From Nitrosopumilus sp. (GTDB taxonomy: Archaea; Thermoproteota; Nitrososphaeria; Nitrososphaerales; Nitrosopumilaceae): a stretch of DNA of 64,000 nucleotides. Made by a program: the position numbers and the translations under genes. Shown one piece after another: positions 21,571 through 33,646 of the stretch (its first letter is position 1; each line of letters begins with the position of its first letter). The stretch is from the NCBI GenBank assembly GCA_965214775.1, contig OZ243974.1, positions 1,216,001-1,280,000 of the forward strand, in the 5' to 3' direction. The notes beneath the pieces were generated by a model. It saw only the letters and a program-made list of their open reading frames with translations. It ran no database searches and was not told the origin of the DNA.

Positions 21571-21638
21571 TGGTATTCAGAGCATATCTTGAAATAATAT
21601 CTTTTCTGTTGCCATCGGGATTGGTGGCGATGGTGCGA

Positions 21639-22691
21639 TGTCTTATACAGAAATTAGGTCCGCCTAAGATAAGGCGTACGATCGCTGACTATTTCAGGCT
21701 GTACCGATCAGATAAAGACATGACAAGAAAGATGTCGGACAAAGAGATCAGGTATATCGTCAAGGGACGTAATGCCGGAAAGAGCGCCACGTCGCTGGCC
21801 CGTGACATGAAGGTGACGCCACGGCACGTGAGGAGGATTTACGCCAGGTACCGCCGGACCGGAAAGATGCATGTGCAACAAAAGGCTGGAAGAAAGGCCG
21901 CACCGCAGCCCGCGGCAGGCCAGGTGCAGGCAGTCTTGGACATGCACTGTATAGAGCACGTGGGCGTGATGCGCACTGCCATGCGCCTGCAGGATGCAGG
22001 TCACATTATAAGCTACAACAGCGTATATCGGATAATGAAGGAGCAGGGACTCGTTGCCGCATCAGATACCAAGTCGGGCCAAAAGAAATGGCTGCGCTAT
22101 GAGCGCAAGTACTCCAACGCAATGTGGCACGTGGACTGGCACGAAATGAAGGATCCACGCCTGAGAGGGCTCAAATTAGTCACGTTTTTGGACGATTCCT
22201 CCCGGTGTGTCACGGCGGCACGGACGTTTGCAGATGCCACATCAGAAAACGTGGTGATAACACTCAGGGAGGCCATAGGCAGGTTTGGCAAGCCGGCCAC
22301 CATACTGTCTGACAACGGCAGGTGTTTCAACGGCGGCCGCAGCAAGAAGAACATGCCACGCGGGACGTGGACGCCGACTGCCTTTGAGGCCGAGCTGCTG
22401 GATCGGGGCATCGGGCTGATAAACTCCAGGCCGTACCATCCGGAGACCAACGGCAAGTTGGAACGGTTCCACGGCAGCATAGAGGCTGAGATCCGCCACT
22501 ATGAGAGCTTGGATGCATACATCAAGTATTACAACGAGCGCAGGCTACACTTTGGGCTGGACATAGCCCACCGCCAGACACCCATCATGGCGTTCTCGGA
22601 CAAAACTGCCACAGAAGCGATCAGGAAATCCGACCCAAAATGGATGGAGAGGGACATCAATGAATAGCGGACATTATTTCCATATAACACA
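21639..22691 (+). mobile_element. IS481 type B; transposase 21720-22667; inserted into a solo IS481-A right end
   Basis: IRs TGTCTTATACAGAAATTAGGTCCGC / TGTGTTATATGGAAATAATGTCCGC; 15-bp TSD (G/A)TGGCGATGGTGCGA. Confidence 0.93.
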
Positions 22692-24032
22692 ATGGCGATG
22701 GTGCGACATAATTTTCATATAATACACCTGGAAAGCTCCATGTATGTAAGCGGCGCAAGCGTCTTGATTTTATCTATCTTCCTGTAGAATTCCAGCAGCA
22801 AGTCATACCTTTTCTCATCATCGCCTTCGGGCATCTTTACTGCAAGCTTTTCTGCATACGCCAGAAGGTGCCTCCAACACCTCTGGATTGTCACAAAGAA
22901 CAGCTTGTACTGGGCCAGCCCGTCTACGACTATGGGAGTCCTGGGATCCAGCCATCCAAAGTATTCGTGCAGTACCTCGGAGGACCGGGAATCTGCAAAT
23001 ACCACAAAGCACGCCCCCGCACAGTTGAGCACCCAGACGTATCCCATGTGTCCGTCGCCGCGCTTAAAGTCGGTCTCGTCCATCTGTATCCACGGCCTGC
23101 CCGCAATGAATGACTGTATGCGTTGTATCGTGTTTTATTGAATCGCCTCTGCCATTGCGTGCCGGGCGGCAGTCACGGCATTTGGGGCCATCTTGAATCC
23201 AAACATAAACTGAAAGTACTCTGCAATGTCCTCGTCTATGTTTCCCTTCTCAAAGAACATCATGATTAGAGAGAGTGAGACGGGCCCAAGTGACGTGCCG
23301 CTTAGAAACGGGGTAGCTGCGACATGCACGGTATTGCACTGTGGACACATCGCGTTTTGGATGATGGCATTGGCAGTGAGCATGCGCATGGAGTCATCCA
23401 GGTCGTTTACAAGCTTGTGGATCGGCTTGAGCATCCGTAACTGGATGTTGCACCTTGGGCATATTTTGGAGCCAAGATCGTACCTTAATGTCATGGATGG
23501 CCGGTTGCCGTGCGATGTACCATGGTGTCCGCATGGAGGGCCGCGTTTCTTGCCCCGAGCAGCATCGCCGGGACTGCCTCCGGGATCCTCGCCCCTTTTC
23601 TCCCTGAACTTTCTTCTGGCGTTATTGTATAATGACGGCGTGGACGTGGGCATGTTGGGACTCTCATACATGGCAAGCTTTGCCCGGAGCTCGGAGTTCT
23701 CCTTTTTGATGTCAGAGTTCTCCTTTTCCAGCTCGGAGATCTTCTCATCCCGCTCCTTGATCATGACAAGTGCCTTTGCAGGATCCATATGGTGTGCAGG
23801 CGTAGATTTGGAGTCCATGTGTTACATCAAACAGGCAAGATCAAAAAAGATTTCCATCGAAATTCTTTGACTAGGATGCCGATAATGGATCACCCCAGCA
23901 AATTCCAATCCTGCAATGACTGCTCACAAATCTCTGATGCTCAGCCATGTCTGCAAGGCCATCTGATCATAATATGCTGCCCAGAAAAGTTGGCTTGTCA
24001 GTATAAAAAGGACCTGATGTTGTACCTTACAT

Positions 24033-24620
24033 TTAATTGGCATGGTCTGCCGCTGTCGCTGCTGCAAGGAAGACAAAGTCGTTGTCTGCGCTTTTTAGGG
24101 GGGGCTGCCGCGAATCCTTTTCGGAGAGTATCGGCTCGGTAGCAGGCCAGTCAATCCCAATATCAGGATCATTCCACAGTATTCCGCGATCATTTTCAGG
24201 AGAGTACTCGTTGCTCACCTTGTAGGTGACGTCTGCTGTTTCGCTCATCACGCAAAAGCCATGGGCAAACCCCTCCGGGACATAAAGAAGCATGTGGTTT
24301 TGCTCGGACAGTATCTCCCCCACCCATCTTCCGTAAGTCGGCGAGTTTTTGCGGATATCCACTGCGACATCAAAGATCTCCCCCTTGACGGCCATTACGA
24401 GTTTTGCCTGCGCCATGGGATCTTTTTGGTAGTGCAGTCCCCTCAGCGTGCCCTTGGCAGAACGGGAATGGCTGTCCTGGACAAACTTTGTCCCTATCCC
24501 GTTTCTGACAAATTCGGATTCCTTGTAACTCTCCAGAAAGAATCCACGATCATCAGGAAAGGATTTGGCGCCTATGAGGAGCACGTCGGGGATCTCTAAT
24601 GTCTTAAAGGAGAACGGCAA
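24033..24620 (-). CDS. rfbC: dTDP-4-dehydrorhamnose 3,5-epimerase
   Basis: DDRGFFLE, FVQDSHS.S..GTLRGLHYQ, GEIFDVAVDIR, PEGFAHGF. Confidence 0.96.
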   Translation of the reverse strand: MPFSFKTLEIPDVLLIGAKSFPDDRGFFLESYKESEFVRNGIGTKFVQDSHSRSAKGTLRGLHYQKDPMAQAKLVMAVKGEIFDVAVDIRKNSPTYGRWVGEILSEQNHMLLYVPEGFAHGFCVMSETADVTYKVSNEYSPENDRGILWNDPDIGIDWPATEPILSEKDSRQPPLKSADNDFVFLAAATAADHAN

Positions 24621-24845
24621 TATACGTCAACGCAAATGACGCATATAATAATTTTTAAGATTAAAAAATTTGATTTTAAAATGGGCAGGTTTTGGAGTTT
24701 CTTGTATTGCAGTGCGCATAGTTGAAATCCGGACATTTTTTATCAAAATAGGCACGGCATATCAAAATTACGATCCATTTTTTTGATGTGCACACTAGGC
24801 GCAATATGGCAATGTTGTAATCCGTTATTTGGCAGACGTGCTATG

Positions 24846-24975
24846 GGGGTTGTCGCCTAATTCCACTTGTTTGGCTCAATCCGCACGTTTTTCTGAATTT
24901 CCGCCATTTTTGCACGCCTGATCCACTGACATCTCAGTGGTTTTCAGGAATTCTGATGAATTAGGCGACAGCCCC
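24846..24975. mobile_element. MITE with IR GGGGTTGTCGCCTAATTC
   Basis: Terminal IRs and 9-bp TSD CGTGCTATG. Confidence 0.9.
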
Positions 24976-25023
24976 CGTGCTATGAGAGAAAAGTTGGGCG
25001 ATCCCGTCTGAAAGAATTGTCCT

Positions 25024-25160
25024 TTGACATATATTGACTATAAACGGATCCAGATCATGAGAACAGGGGATCGTCTGCCCTGTACCGGGGAGCGTTTTTT
25101 TCTGCCTTGGCCGGATATGGGAAAAACCCGTTACGAACACTTGCATCGTTATTATCCTGA
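25024..25160 (+). pseudogene. Possible N-terminal remnant of a SAM-dependent methyltransferase
   Basis: TGERFFLP...RYEHLHRY resembles the start of glycan-locus methyltransferases; no SAM-binding motif follows. Confidence 0.35.
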
Positions 25161-25346
25161 TCAATCTGTTGCAAATGGCAGGTCGGCACCGCCGGATGAT
25201 CTGGGACGTGACAAAGGTTGTGGATGCAGTATGCACTCACAATCTGCCGGCACTGCAACCGGAACCGGCATTGCTAGGCAAGCAGCTGAACATGCAACAG
25301 CAAATTGCAAAAGCAAAGAATTCGTTAGAGGAGGCACGACGGCCTG

Positions 25347-26297
25347 ATGACAAAAAAGCTGTTGGTTTTTGGCGCAAGCGGACTGACCGGATATAAGATC
25401 GCAAGCCTTGCATCTGGGCAATACGACGTTCTTGGAACATATAACGCCAGAGCAACTCGGATTGAAAACTGCCATACAAAGAAAGTGGATGTTACCAACG
25501 AGGACGAGTTGGGGGATCTTTTCTCTGCGTTTCAGCCTGACTTTGTGATCAACACCACTGCGTTACACGATGTTGATTTTTGCGAGGACAACCCGTCCCG
25601 GGCGTTTTCTGTGAACAGCAAAGCTGTCAGACTAGTGAAAAAAAACTGTGACAAGCATAACTCCAAGCTTGTGCACATCTCAACTGACTATGTATTTGAC
25701 GGGAACAGCAGCTTTCCGTATTCTGAAAATGACGTTCCTGTACCGGTGAGCAAGTACGGCGAGTCAAAACTGTCCGGCGAAAAAATACTGGAAGACTCAC
25801 ATTATGTGATTCTGCGTCCCAGCGTGGTCTATGGGTGGACCCCCCTAGAGCTGTCCGGGGCCGCCTCTAGTTCGGGCAAACCAATGAATTTTGCAATGTG
25901 GCTGCTAATGAAACTGAACGGTGGCGAACCGCTAAACATTGTGACTGACCAGTTTGCCACGGCGACTCTGGCTGACTCTTTGGCCGACGCTTCTCTGAAA
26001 CTCGTAGACACCGAGGCCAGCGGCATTTTTCATGTAGCGGGAACCTCATGTGAGAGCAGATTTGATTTTAGCGCAAAGTTTGCAAAAGAGTTTGGCTTTG
26101 ATCCGGGTCTTATCCGTCCTGCCGCCTCTTCACAACTCAAACAAAGGGCAAAAAGGCCCTCGTTTTCCTGCCTGAACTGCAGCAAGGCGACAGAAAAATT
26201 CGGTTTGAAACTTCTTAGCACCGAAGAGTCTCTAAAAATAATGAAAAGGCAGGTGCTCTCCGAGTCCCCAAACCTGCTTCCAAATACTGATAAATGA
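25347..26297 (+). CDS. rfbD: dTDP-4-dehydrorhamnose reductase (extended SDR)
   Basis: GASGLTG, HISTDYVFDG, YGESKL. Confidence 0.93.
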   Translation: MTKKLLVFGASGLTGYKIASLASGQYDVLGTYNARATRIENCHTKKVDVTNEDELGDLFSAFQPDFVINTTALHDVDFCEDNPSRAFSVNSKAVRLVKKNCDKHNSKLVHISTDYVFDGNSSFPYSENDVPVPVSKYGESKLSGEKILEDSHYVILRPSVVYGWTPLELSGAASSSGKPMNFAMWLLMKLNGGEPLNIVTDQFATATLADSLADASLKLVDTEASGIFHVAGTSCESRFDFSAKFAKEFGFDPGLIRPAASSQLKQRAKRPSFSCLNCSKATEKFGLKLLSTEESLKIMKRQVLSESPNLLPNTDK

Positions 26298-26355
26298 AAT
26301 AAATGGTTCCTCCACCATTTGAATGACGTACGGAAACATCGTATTTTTACGCCCT

Positions 26356-27227
26356 AGGAACTGATTCGAAACTATAGTGACGAGCAAAAATTCTTCAACA
26401 TATGTGGGCATAAACCATGCAGGGAGGTGCTTTCTGTTGTTGAAGAACTTGTGCTTTTCACTATAGCAAACTCATTATTTGTAAACAAATTTGCAGAGCG
26501 GCTCAAAACGCCAACAAAATACAAGTTATCTGTGAAATTACTTGAAAAATTCGCACGGTTTCTAATTTCGGATCACCTCTCTGGGGCGTCACTGTTGTCT
26601 GGAGCATTTATGATTACGCCTGCCGCGCCGTATCTCTGGGGAGGGGAGGGGGGGGGTTGTCGCCTAATTCCACCTGTCGGACTCAATCCGCACGTTTTTC
26701 TGAATCTCCGCCATTTTTGCGCGCCTAGTCCGGATAACATCGTATGATTTTCAGAAATTCTGATGAATTAGGCGACAACCCCCTGGGGAGGGGTAAACTC
26801 CTACGTGGTGGTGGTGGTGGTGGGCCAAGCCGGTGGAGTGGCGACTCCGTCACTCTGACCCAATTTCCTTGACGATCTTGATGAACTTTTTGGCGGCCAC
26901 GACGTTGTCCCAGCTGTCCTGCACGAGTCTGCGTCCCTGCCTGCCCATGTCCCGCGCCCTTTCTGCGTTGTCTATAGTGTCAAACGAAAATTCTTCACAT
27001 ATGGGTATGAACTACGCAGGAAAACGCTTTCTGTTTTTGAAGAACTTTTAATCGCAACTATAGCAGCAGCGTGATCCACTATCCATCCCAGAGAGATGAT
27101 CCGAAATTAGAAACCGTACAAATTTTTCAAGTAATTTCACAGATACTTGCGTTTTGTTGGCGTTTTGAGCTGATTTATGCAGATTCGTCCACAAATAATC
27201 AGAGTCTTCTAATTTCGAATCAACTCT
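26356..27227. mobile_element. MITE cluster around a GT4 C-terminal remnant (about 26850-26970, minus strand)
   Basis: IS5-type MITE 26356-26580 containing a CTATAG-ended MITE; GGGGTTGTC MITE 26653-26782 nested in a GTAC-type MITE; second CTATAG MITE about 26973-27062; IS5-type MITE 27092-27227. Confidence 0.75.
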
Positions 27228-27281
27228 GCCACGCAAGCTGGGATCAACAGCAATATATCAAGTACGTAGGGGACAGTACCC

Positions 27282-28826
27282 ATGAGGTGGAGGTTACCCG
27301 TTCTCGTCTTTGCGTTCCTGTTCCTGATAAACCTGTCCGTCAGCCACGGGGCCCCCGACGTGACAGACGGCAAGAAGGCGTTCCTTTACGCGGAGAATCT
27401 GGCGTTGAACGGAAGGCTGGGCCTTGCGCTGGGTCTGCCGTCGGCAGAGACTGAGGTCTTTCCATCCCACAGCATAAGGAGCATGGAGGAGTCGCTGTGG
27501 ATAGTGGCAGACAGATCCTACGGCATCCTGAAGCCTGAGGGAATCACCAAGGAGGAGTACATGGAGGCGTTCATGAAGCAAAACCGCGACGAGTTCTACA
27601 AGCAGATGCCGCTGGCCCTGCCGGTGCTGGCAGCGCCCCTGTATGTAGTAGCCGAGGCCGTCGGCGCGGTGCCCATCGAGTTCGTTCCTCTCTACCTGAA
27701 CTCGGTCATAATCGCCGTCTTCGGGGTGGTGCTTTTTGCAATGGGACGGGAGATGTTCGGCTCAGACAGGGTCGGATTCGTCATGGCGCTTCTGCTGGGC
27801 CTGACCACGTTCATATGGCCATACGTCTCGAGCATGTTTTCTAGGCCGCTTGCCATTATGTTGCTGTTCCTCGGCCTGTACCTGATTTTGTACTGCAAGA
27901 ACAGGCCGGGCCTCCTGCTTCCTGTCCTGGCAGGCGCCGCCATCGGGTTCTCGTATATAGCGCACCCCAACCTGCTCACCCTGGCACCGGCCGCCTTGGC
28001 CTTTGGCATACTCCGGTTCAGGAGGAACAGGAGGCAGATCATCGCCCTCATCCTGGTCTCCATTGTAATGATCGGCTTCATGGCCCTCCTGAACCAGTAC
28101 AGGTTCGGCGCCGTCGACGCGTTTGGCTGGCATGCAAAGCCGATACAGCACCATGCCGGCAATATTGCCGCCGTCGACATTCGTCCAGGCGGGTTTGTAG
28201 ACCTGCTGATCAGCCCCAGTGACAGCGTGTTCCTATACGTCCCGCTGATAGTGCTGCATCCGTTAGGCCTGTACTACGTCTACAGGAGGGACAGGGCCCT
28301 TGCGCTACTCTTGGCATATGTCACCGTGGTGACGTACATGGCCACGGCCAACGTGCTTGCGTGGAACACGCTAGGAAACGGTTGGGGGCCCCACAGGTAC
28401 CTGCTTCCCATGGTTCCGGGTATAGTGGTCTCTGCCGGGGCCGTAGTCGCAAGACACTCGCACTCGTTAAAGGCGGTGATACCGGTGGCAACCCTTGCAT
28501 GCGTAGGCTTTTACGTAAACCTGCACGGCGCCCTGGTATTCTTCCTCTGGTACAGTTCGTACCTGACCGGGGAGCTCGGCGTGACCGACGTAGTTTCTGC
28601 GATACGCAGACTCGAGCACTCTGTCATACCCATAACCCAGAGGATCATAGAGGAGGGGTACATCCACTCGCATACGGGATGCCACATTACGCCCTACTAT
28701 TACTGCGAGTATGGTGTCTGGGCCGTCGCCGCCCTTGCCGCACTGATCGCCATTTCGGGATTCATGATACTGCACTTGTTGGGGATCCGGACTCCGCGGC
28801 AGGCAGGGCGCGGAACCGTCGCGTAA
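27282..28826 (+). CDS. Multi-pass membrane protein, probable GT-C glycosyltransferase
   Basis: Many TM helices; LLISPSDSVFLYVP and WGPHRYLLP motifs. Confidence 0.72.
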   Translation: MRWRLPVLVFAFLFLINLSVSHGAPDVTDGKKAFLYAENLALNGRLGLALGLPSAETEVFPSHSIRSMEESLWIVADRSYGILKPEGITKEEYMEAFMKQNRDEFYKQMPLALPVLAAPLYVVAEAVGAVPIEFVPLYLNSVIIAVFGVVLFAMGREMFGSDRVGFVMALLLGLTTFIWPYVSSMFSRPLAIMLLFLGLYLILYCKNRPGLLLPVLAGAAIGFSYIAHPNLLTLAPAALAFGILRFRRNRRQIIALILVSIVMIGFMALLNQYRFGAVDAFGWHAKPIQHHAGNIAAVDIRPGGFVDLLISPSDSVFLYVPLIVLHPLGLYYVYRRDRALALLLAYVTVVTYMATANVLAWNTLGNGWGPHRYLLPMVPGIVVSAGAVVARHSHSLKAVIPVATLACVGFYVNLHGALVFFLWYSSYLTGELGVTDVVSAIRRLEHSVIPITQRIIEEGYIHSHTGCHITPYYYCEYGVWAVAALAALIAISGFMILHLLGIRTPRQAGRGTVA

Positions 28827-29386
28827 TTTTGCACACCACCATGGTAACAGGTCGGGCTCTGGAAGTTCAGGCATGAATTTTGTCACTAATGAATGCCGAT
28901 CAAACAGAATTTGTGCCTAAAATCAGAAGCGACTTCCAGAACCCGATCAGTTACCTGATCTCCCGTATCATCTCGATTGTCAGTTCCTGCAACAATCCCC
29001 TTGCCTCTGACATGACGTAAAAAAACCGCGCTGCTTTAAAGCCCGAAAAAGATGGGCGGGGAGTATTCGTCACAGAGGATCCGGCCTTGCCGGTGGCCGG
29101 CCGCACTGCGTATAATTGAAAATCGAACACCCTTTTGTCGAAATGGGCATGGCATGTTAAAATTATGTTCCAATCTTTGATGTGCATGCTACGGACATGA
29201 GGGCCACAGCTGCATGAGGGCCAGGCATAATATTCGATTGTGTAAGGCATTTTGTGCAGGATTGGGGGACGTACTTGCAGGCAATTCAAGTGTGTGATGT
29301 CTGTGCCAAATAACCGATCATAGTTTTGACATATCGTGCCTGTCTAGATAAGAAATAATCCGTTTTCAACTGTGCGCACTATGGTC

Positions 29387-29477
29387 GTACGAGTTTACCC
29401 CTTAGGCGTCACTGGTGTCTGGAGCCTTCATGATCACGCCTGCCACATCGTATCTCAGGTGAGGGGTAAACTCGTAC
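29387..29477. mobile_element. MITE with GTACGAGTTTACCCC IRs (IS66-like ends); relative at 39812-39902
   Basis: Perfect 15-bp IR and 8-bp TSD CTATGGTC. Confidence 0.88.
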
Positions 29478-29499
29478 CTATGGTCACAGTTTATGACGT

Positions 29500-32367
29500 C
29501 AGTAGTTCCCAGATGTACTTTTGAAGGCACGATAATTACGTAATTTGCCGAGATTTTTTGACCATTACGATCTTAGATCAGAAGGTGTGTCAAACATCAT
29601 CATGATGATACCAACACAAAACGATGTGTTTGCACACCAGTATGACATAGCATCACGACAGTTTAAAACATTGCGACGGCGGTTCCACAAGCTCGAAATG
29701 GCAGTCTCAAAGAGTCACAACGCGGTGTACGGCCATGCCGACGTACTGCGCGTGCTAAGCCTCATGTCTGATAGGAAGATGTTTTTCAGGTCTGCCGTGA
29801 CGCATCTTCGCAGGAAGGCCTCAAAATACCGCAGGCAGCAGCAGCATGACGGCGGGACTGCTACTACTACTACTGCTGCTGCTGCTGCTACCTTCTCCAA
29901 GAAGGGCGGCGCATACAGCTCCCGTACGCCCCACCCGGAGTGGATCTTAAAGACCATCCGGAGCGTCAGCCCGGATCGGATGCAAAGGTGGTGCAACTCC
30001 ATGCTACAGCACACGGTAAGAAACGGCCGCAGGTCCGGCATGTTACACAACACGGACGTAGTGGCAGTGGATGTCACCGACGTCGAATACTATGGCAAGG
30101 GCCTAAAGGACGTCGCCAGAAAGTCAAAGCCCAAGAACGGCACGTCTACTTTTCTCTCGCACATTACCGTGCACGGAGTAGGATCAGATGACGGCTCAGA
30201 CCTCGTGCTTTCCTCGCTGCAGCTTCCAAAAGATGCAAAACTGGCCGATTTCGTGCCTAAAATGATCCGCAAAGCGTCCAGATCAGGGACGAAGATCAGG
30301 ATGTTCCTGTATGACCGGGGATTCTTTAACAGTAGACGGAAATGTACCCCCTTTAAATACGTCTGACAGACGACAGCGTAAAAAAATCTACCAAAAATGT
30401 AAACAAATCTAGATCACACAGATCAACTGTAAGGCGCCCCTACCCGCTATAGTGATTGGACAAAATAGCGGGCAAAAGCACCGCATCAACATGGGCAACA
30501 GGGTGCTTAATACCTTGGCAAACATCATAGGCGGCGGGGGCGAGATCAAGTTCTCCAAGCAGCATAACGCGCTATACGGACTGTCACAGTTTGTGATGAT
30601 CCTGGCATCCATGTGCAAATCAGGCCAGACTGCAACAGAGAGCGTGATAGAGTTTGAAGACAGCGAGAACCTGCCCACTGCCAGGTGGTTTCACGGAATG
30701 GTCCGAACCGCAGGCCTTGACGGAATAAGGAGGATCTGCGATGACCTGATGGATATTGCAATCAAGGCCGCCAAAAAGGGCGGCATTCACAGTAACGGCC
30801 CCGTCATGATTGCAATAGACAAGCACGAGATACCGCGGTATGACAAGGACAACATGAAGTATCTGATAAGATCAAAGCCCAAAAAGGGAACAAGCAAGTT
30901 CGAGGCGTATGCGACCATGCAGGCAGTCGACTCTCCTGTCAATGCCACGCTCGGATGCATTCCGCTCACAAGGGAGGACTTTGACGCCGATTTCGTGCGT
31001 AAATTTGTGAATATTCTCAGGAAATCAAACATAATGTACCGGCTCTTTCTGCTGGATCGGGAGTTCTACTCAGTTGACATAATGACAGAGATGTATCGCG
31101 CAGGAAAAAAGTTCCTGATGCCTGCAATCAAGAATGCCACAGTAAAGAATGCAATAGAGGCGGCACACGCAGCAGGCAAGACCAAGGGGAGCTGCGTGTC
31201 TGATTTTACCATTACAAACCGCAAAGGCAAGACCGCATCATTTAACCTGGTCATCGTGCCGTCTGCCATGCACGGGCAGGAGGGCAAGACAGTAGTGGAA
31301 CAGTACGTGGCATTTGCCACCAACCTCCCGTTCTCCAACGCACTGCACGAGATCGATACTGCCTCACCGGACTACCGGAAGAGGTGGGGCATAGAGACAG
31401 GATACAGGCAGATAGAGCAGATACGGGCCAAGACCATAAGCAGGAACCAGGACATCAGGCTGCTTGTATTTTTTGTGTCTGTCTTTGTGTACAACATGTG
31501 GGCCATCGAGCGCAACAGGGACGACATATGGTGTGCGAGAAGGGATCTTACGTTATTGCGGGTTTCATGCGCGCTTCTCATGGCTGCTAGAAGGAATCTT
31601 GCAGAATACGGGTTTGCCGGCCCGCCACTGCCGCCGTAGGGTCGAGGTGGCCTTTGGGGGGTTACATTTCCGTCTACTGTTTAATGTCAACTGCATGGTG
31701 GCTGCAGGCAAAAGCCAGGGCTTCTACGTCATGCCTGCCGCCAAGAACAAGAGGATAAAGGCGGCAATAGAGGAGCACCACCATAAAAAGCGCGACGCGA
31801 TATCTGACTATACCATGACTAACAAGGAGGGCAAAAACGTCACGTTCAGGCTGGTCATTGTAAAAAAGGAGGAGGAAGACGAAAATGAAAATGAAAATGA
31901 AAACAATGACACAGCAAAAGAGGAATGCACAGAAAAAAAGAAGGAAAAGAAAAAAGAAACGGCAGACGAATACCTGGTCTTTGCCACCAACATGCCTGCC
32001 AAAAGCGTAGAGGACGTCATAGCTCAGATACCAGAAGAGTACCGCATGCGGTGGGGAATCGAGACCGGGTTCAGGGTGATCAAGGGAGTAATGGGCAAGA
32101 CATGCAGTAATTCGCCGGTCGTCAGGATGTTGTTATTCTACATGCCCCTCATACTGTACAATCTCTGGAGGACTGCCATATTCATTGATGTGGAATCCAA
32201 GTGGGACGGATTTGCGGGAGGCAAGGATTTTACCATGATGTTGTTTGCCGCGTGCATTACAGATGCAGCTGACTCGTTTGTAAACGATCGCGGAAAGTAG
32301 TAGTAGTAGCGGCGGCAGTGGTGCCGTGTCAGGAGGCAGTCTGCAAAAGTACACCTAGGAACTACTG
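29500..32367 (+). mobile_element. ISH3-family element (outer); transposase about 29602-32300 split by a nested ISH3
   Basis: IR CAGTAGTTCC..G.TGTACTTTT; ACGT TSD; VAVDVTD, DRGFF|NVN rejoins in frame after removing the insert, YRMRWGIETGFR. Confidence 0.9.
30330..31679 (+). mobile_element. ISH3-family element (inner, intact); transposase 30452-31639
   Basis: IR CAGTAGACGGAAATGTA; 5-bp TSD TTTAA; IAIDKH, LLDREFY, YRKRWGIETGYR. Confidence 0.93.
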
Positions 32368-32462
32368 ACGTGCATGCTGAGGTGAAGGGCAAGGGCCAAG
32401 TCCATAGCAGGCAGAGTCATGAATCTGGTCAGTTTAGGGATGTGGCCTCACACAGCTTCCAA

Positions 32463-32604
32463 CAGTAGTTGAAAATATGTCACTGTTACTTGTGGCCGCC
32501 GTCTCGTGGGATCTTGGCATGCAGAATCCCATGCGTGTAGAACTGCGAATGGGCAAAGGCACAATCTCAGAGTTGGGATTCAGAACGTACATTTTCAACT
32601 ACTG
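32463..32604. mobile_element. ISH3-type MITE
   Basis: IR CAGTAGTTGAAAAT; 5-bp TSD TCCAA. Confidence 0.85.
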
Positions 32605-32633
32605 TCCAATCATCAAACTATTTACGTATCCAT

Positions 32634-33533
32634 TTGCCACAAAAAAACATCGTGAGACTGGCCTGTATTCCCGCATATAACGAAGAGTCAAGGATCGCAT
32701 CTGTGATAAGAACTACAAAAGACTATGTTGATCAGGTCGTCGTATGCGATGACGGCTCTACGGATGATACGAAAAAAGCCGCCGAGGCTGCCGGCGCACT
32801 GGTAATACCTCATGCCAAAAACCGGGGCTATGGTGCGGCAGTCATCTCGCTGTTTGACTATGCGCGAGCAAATAATGCAGAATCCATCGTTACGATTGAC
32901 GGCGACGGCCAGCACGATGCGCACCAAATCCCAAAACTGCTCTCCGTGCTGATGCAGCACAACGTCGATGTGGTAATTGGCTCCAGGCTGCTTGATGATG
33001 ACGGCAGCCAAGGCTTGCCAAAATATCGCAAACATGGAATCAAAATCATCACGTCTGCGGCCAACTATGGCACCGATCTAAAGATTACTGACTCCCAGTC
33101 CGGATTCAGGGCCTACTCGAAAAACGCAATCAACGCAATACATCCCACCGAGGAGGGAATGTCCGTATCCACTGAAATCCTGCTCAAATGCTCAAACAAA
33201 GGACTCTCACTTGCAGAGGTTCCGATAAGCGTATCTTATGACGGCAAAACGTCAAAACACAATCCCGCCTCTCACGGCGTATATGTGCTTGCAAACACAA
33301 TCAAGTACACGTCAATTCGCCACCCGCTTCCGTTTTATGGGATAACTGGAATAACATTCATGATTGCAGGGATTGTCATGGGGGCAGTATTCCTGGATGC
33401 GTACATAACCGAGAATACGATATTCTATGGATCACTGCTTGCCTCCGTAATACTGTTCTTGCTGGGAACAATCCTGATTGTGACCTCGATAATTCTGTTT
33501 TCCATGGCCACCCTGATGCGAGACAGCCGCTGA
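32634..33533 (+). CDS. GT2 glycosyltransferase (DPM1-like) with two C-terminal TM helices
   Basis: IPAYNEE, DDGSTD, DGDGQH, DSQSGFRAY. Confidence 0.93.
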   Translation: MPQKNIVRLACIPAYNEESRIASVIRTTKDYVDQVVVCDDGSTDDTKKAAEAAGALVIPHAKNRGYGAAVISLFDYARANNAESIVTIDGDGQHDAHQIPKLLSVLMQHNVDVVIGSRLLDDDGSQGLPKYRKHGIKIITSAANYGTDLKITDSQSGFRAYSKNAINAIHPTEEGMSVSTEILLKCSNKGLSLAEVPISVSYDGKTSKHNPASHGVYVLANTIKYTSIRHPLPFYGITGITFMIAGIVMGAVFLDAYITENTIFYGSLLASVILFLLGTILIVTSIILFSMATLMRDSR

Positions 33534-33646
33534 GGGGTGATCCGAAGTTAGAATCTGTAAACCATTGCTAGGGTTTTTCTGTACGTTTGCCAAGTAACTT
33601 ACATATAGCTTGCCATTTGCAGGCATCATTTTAACCGATTTGACGC

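Larger units (their letters stand above)
11837..24025 (-). mobile_element. IS66-family (single-ORF, ISBst12-like) element copy 1, disrupted by a ~10-kb insertion
   Basis: IR GTACAACATCAGGTCCTTTTTATACTGACAAGCCAAC at both ends; transposase pieces 23135-23818, 22727-23134 and 12123-12653, with a TAA where copy 2 has CAA. Confidence 0.9.
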
